Virus record (IMG/VR): IMGVR_UViG_3300036713_000003 | Span: 1-29,922 of that record | Source of the DNA: a virus | Taxonomy: Duplodnaviria; Caudoviricetes | Direction: 5' to 3' (one strand) | DNA: 29,922 nt | In this document: positions 25,628-29,922 of the stretch, piece by piece | Position numbering within the stretch: position 1 is the stretch's first letter | Layout: every line of letters starts with the position of its first letter | Program-made: the position numbers and the translations under genes | Notes under the pieces: model-generated | Seen by the model: the letters and a program-made list of their open reading frames with translations, nothing else | What the model was told of the DNA's origin: nothing | Databases searched by the model: none

Positions 25628-27318
25628 TGGCGAATCCAAGTTTACAAATAGGTAATGGCAAGTTTGCAATAAAAGAAAATGATCTATTAGGTTATAGTTC
25701 TTCAGGTACAAGATTCTTTCCTATACCAATAACAATGACTAGAGCAACACTAGGTACTAGAGTTAATCCTAGTGGCTTAATAGAAGATGTAGAATTGTTA
25801 GGTAGTGAGTTGATACAAGATAGTGATTTTCTTTTAACAGGAACACAAGCAGAGAACGTAACAGGAACATATTGGACAACAGGTGCAGGTTGGTCTATTG
25901 CTAATGGTAAAGCTACACTTGTAGCACAAGCAGGGAGTTCATCTTTGATTTCTACCAATATGACAGTAACAGCAGGAAAAATATATAAAGTTACTGTAAA
26001 CGTATCTGCTACATCTACAGGTTTTAGATTATATGATACTGCTGGTGTTGTTAGTTATGGGCTTTCTCTTGGAGAAAATGTTTTTTATAGAACACCATCT
26101 TCCTCTATTTATACAGTAACTCCTTTAGGATTAGCAGGTGCAACAGGAACAATATCTAACATATCAGTAAAAGAATACACAATAGATGGTTTAGCAAGAG
26201 TAGATTATACAGATGGTACTGGTAGTTTATTAGTAGAACCTCAGAGAACTAATGTTATAACATATAGTGAGAATTTTAGTAATGCTATTTGGACTAATAC
26301 TGCTGCCGCCATATCTGTAAATCCTACTGCTGACTTATCTCCTGATGGAACTTTAAGTGGTAATGAGTTTGATGAAGGAACTTCAAGTAATAGAAGAGCA
26401 TTATTTGAAGATTTATCAGTAACTGCCAATCAAATTCATACTTTATCAGTTTTTGTAAAAAAAGGTACATCAGATTATTTTAGATTAGTAATTGCTGAAA
26501 ATGGAGATGCTACTAATTGGACTGGTGTTCAAGTTGATTTAAGTGATAATTCTTTATCTACTAATAATGGTAATACTAATTCTTTTACAGATATAAGTAG
26601 TGCTATTTCAAGTACTGATTACAATGGATATTATAGGTTACAATTAACTGCAAAACACTCAACTGTTACAAATTTAAGACTGTTATTTTGTACATCAAAT
26701 GGAGCTGCAATCGCATCAGGTAATAGTTATGGTAGATTAGACTATACAGGAACAAGTAAAACTGTTTATGTATGGGGCGCACAGTTAGAAGAAGGAAGCT
26801 ACGCAACTTCTTACATAAAAACACAAGGCTCAACAGTAACTAGAAATCAAGACCAATACACAAAGACAGGAATTAGTGATAAGATAAATAGTGAGGAAGG
26901 TGTATTGTTTGTTGAGATGGCTGCTTTAAATTCAGGTACAGGTAGTATTATAATTTCTATAAATGATGGCAGTCTATCAAATAGTGTTGCTATATATTAT
27001 TATTCTAATGAGAATAATGTTGCAGCAAATATATTTAGTGGAGGTAATAATCCTTCACTTATAGGTACTATTCCAAATAGTGGAACAAAATATGATTTTA
27101 ATAAAATAGCATTAAAATATAAATCAGGAGATAGTGCTTTATGGATAAATGGAATAGAAGTATTTACATTAGGAGATTCTATTTCTTTAACAGGATTAAA
27201 TAAAATTTCTTTTAATTATGGTAATGGTAGTTTTCCTTTCTTCGGAAAAGTAAAACAACTACAAGTATTTAAAACAGCATTATCAGATTCAGAATTAGCA
27301 ACACTAACAACACAATAA
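25627..27318 (+). CDS. fibre/adhesin 2, paralog of fibre 1
   Basis: Same ordered motifs: TRATLGTRV, ISNISVKE, EPQRTN, VWGAQLEEGSYATSYI, INSEEGVLF, GKVKQLQV. Confidence 0.75.
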   Translation: MANPSLQIGNGKFAIKENDLLGYSSSGTRFFPIPITMTRATLGTRVNPSGLIEDVELLGSELIQDSDFLLTGTQAENVTGTYWTTGAGWSIANGKATLVAQAGSSSLISTNMTVTAGKIYKVTVNVSATSTGFRLYDTAGVVSYGLSLGENVFYRTPSSSIYTVTPLGLAGATGTISNISVKEYTIDGLARVDYTDGTGSLLVEPQRTNVITYSENFSNAIWTNTAAAISVNPTADLSPDGTLSGNEFDEGTSSNRRALFEDLSVTANQIHTLSVFVKKGTSDYFRLVIAENGDATNWTGVQVDLSDNSLSTNNGNTNSFTDISSAISSTDYNGYYRLQLTAKHSTVTNLRLLFCTSNGAAIASGNSYGRLDYTGTSKTVYVWGAQLEEGSYATSYIKTQGSTVTRNQDQYTKTGISDKINSEEGVLFVEMAALNSGTGSIIISINDGSLSNSVAIYYYSNENNVAANIFSGGNNPSLIGTIPNSGTKYDFNKIALKYKSGDSALWINGIEVFTLGDSISLTGLNKISFNYGNGSFPFFGKVKQLQVFKTALSDSELATLTTQ

Positions 27319-27319
27319 A

Positions 27320-27688
27320 ATGAATATATATAAATTACAATACACAGACAAAGCAACAGGAGATGCTGACTTACTATCTAAAGGTACTTATGAAGTAGTA
27401 ACTGAAGAGGGAGTAACTCAAGATGTTTACAGAAATGGTACACAAGCTATAGTCTATATAGGTAAGATAGTAGAGATACCTGCAACTTATGATGATGAAG
27501 GACACGAGATTACTCCTCCTGTTTATTATGATGGAGTATTCTATGACTTAATGACTACAGAAGAATTTGACTTTGGAACTAATGAGATATTTCCAACAGA
27601 TTGCGTACATTCGTTTGCAGGATATGAGAAAAATGCTGAGGGTACTGACATTGATCCTGAAGAACTAGAAGAATTAATAATAGAATAA
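27320..27688 (+). CDS. acidic hypothetical protein, possible fibre accessory
   Basis: 122 aa following the fibre genes; ends P...HSFAGY. Confidence 0.65.
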   Translation: MNIYKLQYTDKATGDADLLSKGTYEVVTEEGVTQDVYRNGTQAIVYIGKIVEIPATYDDEGHEITPPVYYDGVFYDLMTTEEFDFGTNEIFPTDCVHSFAGYEKNAEGTDIDPEELEELIIE

Positions 27689-27689
27689 A

Positions 27690-29762
27690 ATGGAAAATAT
27701 ACTAAGTGTAGATTTATCAAGTGAAACAAGTCCTATCGTACAAGAAGTACGAGGTAGGGAATATATAGAGTATGGTACAGAAGAATGGAGAAACCTTTAC
27801 CCACAGTTCTTAATAGACCTTTACTATAATTCTAGTACACACGCAGCTATTATAAATACTACTGCTGAAATGATAGCAGGAGAAGATATAGTAGTAGAAG
27901 AAAGCGAAAACTTAGAACAATTTGTTAAACTAAAAAAATTCTTTGCAGAAGCTAATGGTAAGGAATCACTACACGAAGTAATTAAAAAACTTTCATTTGA
28001 CTTTAAGCTACAAGGTGCATTTGCTATTCATATTATTTGGAATAAAGCAAAAACAGAAATAGCTGAGATTTACCACGTACCTGTAGAGAGGGTTAGGGCA
28101 TCAAGACCTAATGCTATGGGTGTTGTAGATTGCTATTATGTATGTTCTGATTGGAGTAACACAAGAACAAACAAACCAGTAAAAATAGCAGCATTTAATA
28201 CTAAGGATAGAACTAATCCTAGTCAGTTATTATACTCAGGTCTATACAGTCCTAATATGGACATCTATCATACTCCTGATTACTTAGCTGCAAATAATTG
28301 GGCTTTAGTAGATCAAAGAGTTGCAGAGTTTCATTTAAACAATATATCTAATGGTTTTTCAGGAAGCTATATGATTAGCTTTGCAAATGGAGTACCTACA
28401 CAAGAGGAGAGATTTCAAATAGAGAGAAGTTTAGCTGAGAAGTTTACAGGTGCTAGTAATTCAGGAAAGTTTGTATTGACTTTCTCAGATGACAAAACTA
28501 GAACTCCGGAGATTACACCAATTACTGTAAGCAACGCAGACAAGCAATATCTTGCGTTACAAGAACTTTTAGTACAAAACATACTAACAGGACATAGAGT
28601 TACTTCTCCTATGCTTATGGGTATTAAAAACGATACAGGGCTAGGTTCTAATGTTGATGAGATGAACGCAGCATTTGAGATATACTTAAATACAGTAGTT
28701 GTACCTTATCAAAAACACATATTAAAAACATTATCTAAAATATTTGAGGTTAATGGTATGAACTTACCAATATCTTTTGTACAAGCTAAACCTATTACAT
28801 CTAAGTTTACAATAGAGGATATGAAAGAGGTAATGACACAAGATGAAATTAGAGCAGAACTAGGTCTCAAACCTTTAGCAGAAGAAGAACTAACGGCAGA
28901 GGATGACAACTATAACTTAGAAAAAGTAGGTACAATAGTTTCTGATGGTAAAGAGTTACCTTTATTTGACACTATAGAAGAAGCTGAAGCTGAAGCAGAA
29001 AGATTAGGATGTAGTGGACATCACATACATACGCAAGATGGTAAAGAATACTTTATGCCGTGTGCAAACCACGATCAACTAATAGATTTAAAAGATTGTG
29101 ATTGTGGTAAGAACAAAGGTAAATGCAACAAAAGTTGTTATGAGAAAACTGAGTTAGATGCTTTCTTAGAAACTGTTGAGGATATACCTGAGGGTTGGGA
29201 ACTAATAGATGAAGAAGTAGTAGATGGAGAACACGCAGACTTTGACTTTGAAGAAGAACTAAATCAGATAGCTGCTGAGAAGATAGAATTAAATACAGGT
29301 ACAGGTAGAGCAATACCTAGCAGAAAGTCTGAGCAAGATGGTATATCTAAAAAAACATACGACTACTATAGAGTAAGATATGTATATGCTGAAGATGAGT
29401 TTTTAACTAGAAAGTCAGGTAAACAAAGAGATTTTTGTAGAAATATGATGGCTGCTAAAAAACTATATAGAAAAGAAGATATAGAAAGAATGTTTAAATT
29501 AAATAAAGATTTTTCTCCTAAAGGTACAGGTAAAGCAGGTTACGACAAGTTTTTATTCAAGGGAGGAAATAGCTGTCATCATTACTGGTTGCGTCAGATT
29601 TGGCGTACAGAACTAGGTATATCTAAAACTACTAAAATAGAAGATGCTAAACTAATAGGATATACTAAAGCAAGGTCAGAGGGGTTTACTGCTAAGAAAA
29701 ACGACAAAAGAGTAGCAATACCACCAAAAAGAATGAAAAATCAAGGTAGATTAAATAAATAA
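27690..29762 (+). CDS. portal protein with long C-terminal extension (DUF3721-like and MuF-like Cys/His domains)
   Basis: Portal core NLYPQFLIDLYYNSSTHAAII, NNISNGFS, GHRVTSPMLMGI (about aa 1-395), then about 295 extra residues. Confidence 0.85.
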   Translation: MENILSVDLSSETSPIVQEVRGREYIEYGTEEWRNLYPQFLIDLYYNSSTHAAIINTTAEMIAGEDIVVEESENLEQFVKLKKFFAEANGKESLHEVIKKLSFDFKLQGAFAIHIIWNKAKTEIAEIYHVPVERVRASRPNAMGVVDCYYVCSDWSNTRTNKPVKIAAFNTKDRTNPSQLLYSGLYSPNMDIYHTPDYLAANNWALVDQRVAEFHLNNISNGFSGSYMISFANGVPTQEERFQIERSLAEKFTGASNSGKFVLTFSDDKTRTPEITPITVSNADKQYLALQELLVQNILTGHRVTSPMLMGIKNDTGLGSNVDEMNAAFEIYLNTVVVPYQKHILKTLSKIFEVNGMNLPISFVQAKPITSKFTIEDMKEVMTQDEIRAELGLKPLAEEELTAEDDNYNLEKVGTIVSDGKELPLFDTIEEAEAEAERLGCSGHHIHTQDGKEYFMPCANHDQLIDLKDCDCGKNKGKCNKSCYEKTELDAFLETVEDIPEGWELIDEEVVDGEHADFDFEEELNQIAAEKIELNTGTGRAIPSRKSEQDGISKKTYDYYRVRYVYAEDEFLTRKSGKQRDFCRNMMAAKKLYRKEDIERMFKLNKDFSPKGTGKAGYDKFLFKGGNSCHHYWLRQIWRTELGISKTTKIEDAKLIGYTKARSEGFTAKKNDKRVAIPPKRMKNQGRLNK

Positions 29763-29765
29763 ATT

Positions 29766-29922
29766 ATGGCATACGTTTTATTCATATCAGAAGAAAAATT
29801 AAAAGACAGTACAAGTATATATGGTTCTGTTGATACTGCTTTACTTCTTAATTATGTACGTCAAGCACAAAGACTGTACTGTGAAACTAAGTTAGGTACA
29901 AAGCTAACGCAAAAGCTAAAAG
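29766..29922 (+). CDS. head-tail adaptor-like protein, N-terminal part (3' truncated)
   Basis: MAYVLFISEEKLKDSTSIYGSVDTALLLNYVRQAQRLYCETKLGTKLTQKLK is open to the window end. Confidence 0.7.
   Translation, partial: MAYVLFISEEKLKDSTSIYGSVDTALLLNYVRQAQRLYCETKLGTKLTQKLK

Noticed and set aside
23963-27318. Diversity-generating retroelement or invertase shufflon acting on the fibres
   Set aside because: No reverse transcriptase or site-specific recombinase, no ~100-nt TR/VR pair differing at adenines, and the shared blocks are short direct repeats.
9-29313. Minus-strand ORFs in the track (e.g. 9463-9837, 17942-18247, 19901-20266, 20991-21380)
   Set aside because: All lie antisense to well-supported + strand genes and have Ser/Leu/Phe-rich shadow composition.
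1-29922. Genome-wide TAG reassignment (crAss-like genetic code 15)
   Set aside because: Only one in-frame TAG was found, long genes (up to 922 aa) are open in the standard code, and I saw no suppressor tRNA.

Overview
This window is a very AT-rich, nearly complete (~30 kb) tailed dsDNA phage genome, most likely a siphovirus of a Bacteroidetes/Flavobacteria host. Every convincing gene is on the + strand. The window appears to start and end inside the same head-tail adaptor-like gene, so it is probably one circular or permuted genome with a small gap. Gene order: lysis cluster (holin-like proteins, DUF5675 peptidase) and a metallophosphoesterase; early/replication genes (SSB-like, DnaA domain IV-like, replication initiator, C5 methyltransferase, NinG); an ECF-like sigma factor and Nin-type genes; TerS/TerL; tail genes with a -1 frameshift chaperone; tape measure; XkdF-type protease, scaffold and major capsid; tail tube; head-spike-like and two paralogous fibre genes; an extended portal. 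I saw no integrase, repressor, tRNA or CRISPR. The most interesting unannotated signals are: (1) short non-coding elements next to terminators that are antisense to start-codon regions of the phage's own early genes, one with its own minus-strand host-type promoter; (2) a five-copy bipartite late promoter, CAAAY-N14-TCTATTATATA, plausibly read by the phage sigma factor; (3) a K-[VIT]-E-L motif and paralogous helical domain shared by head-associated proteins; (4) identical DNA junctions between two modular fibre genes. All product calls come from motif recognition by eye, not from database searches.
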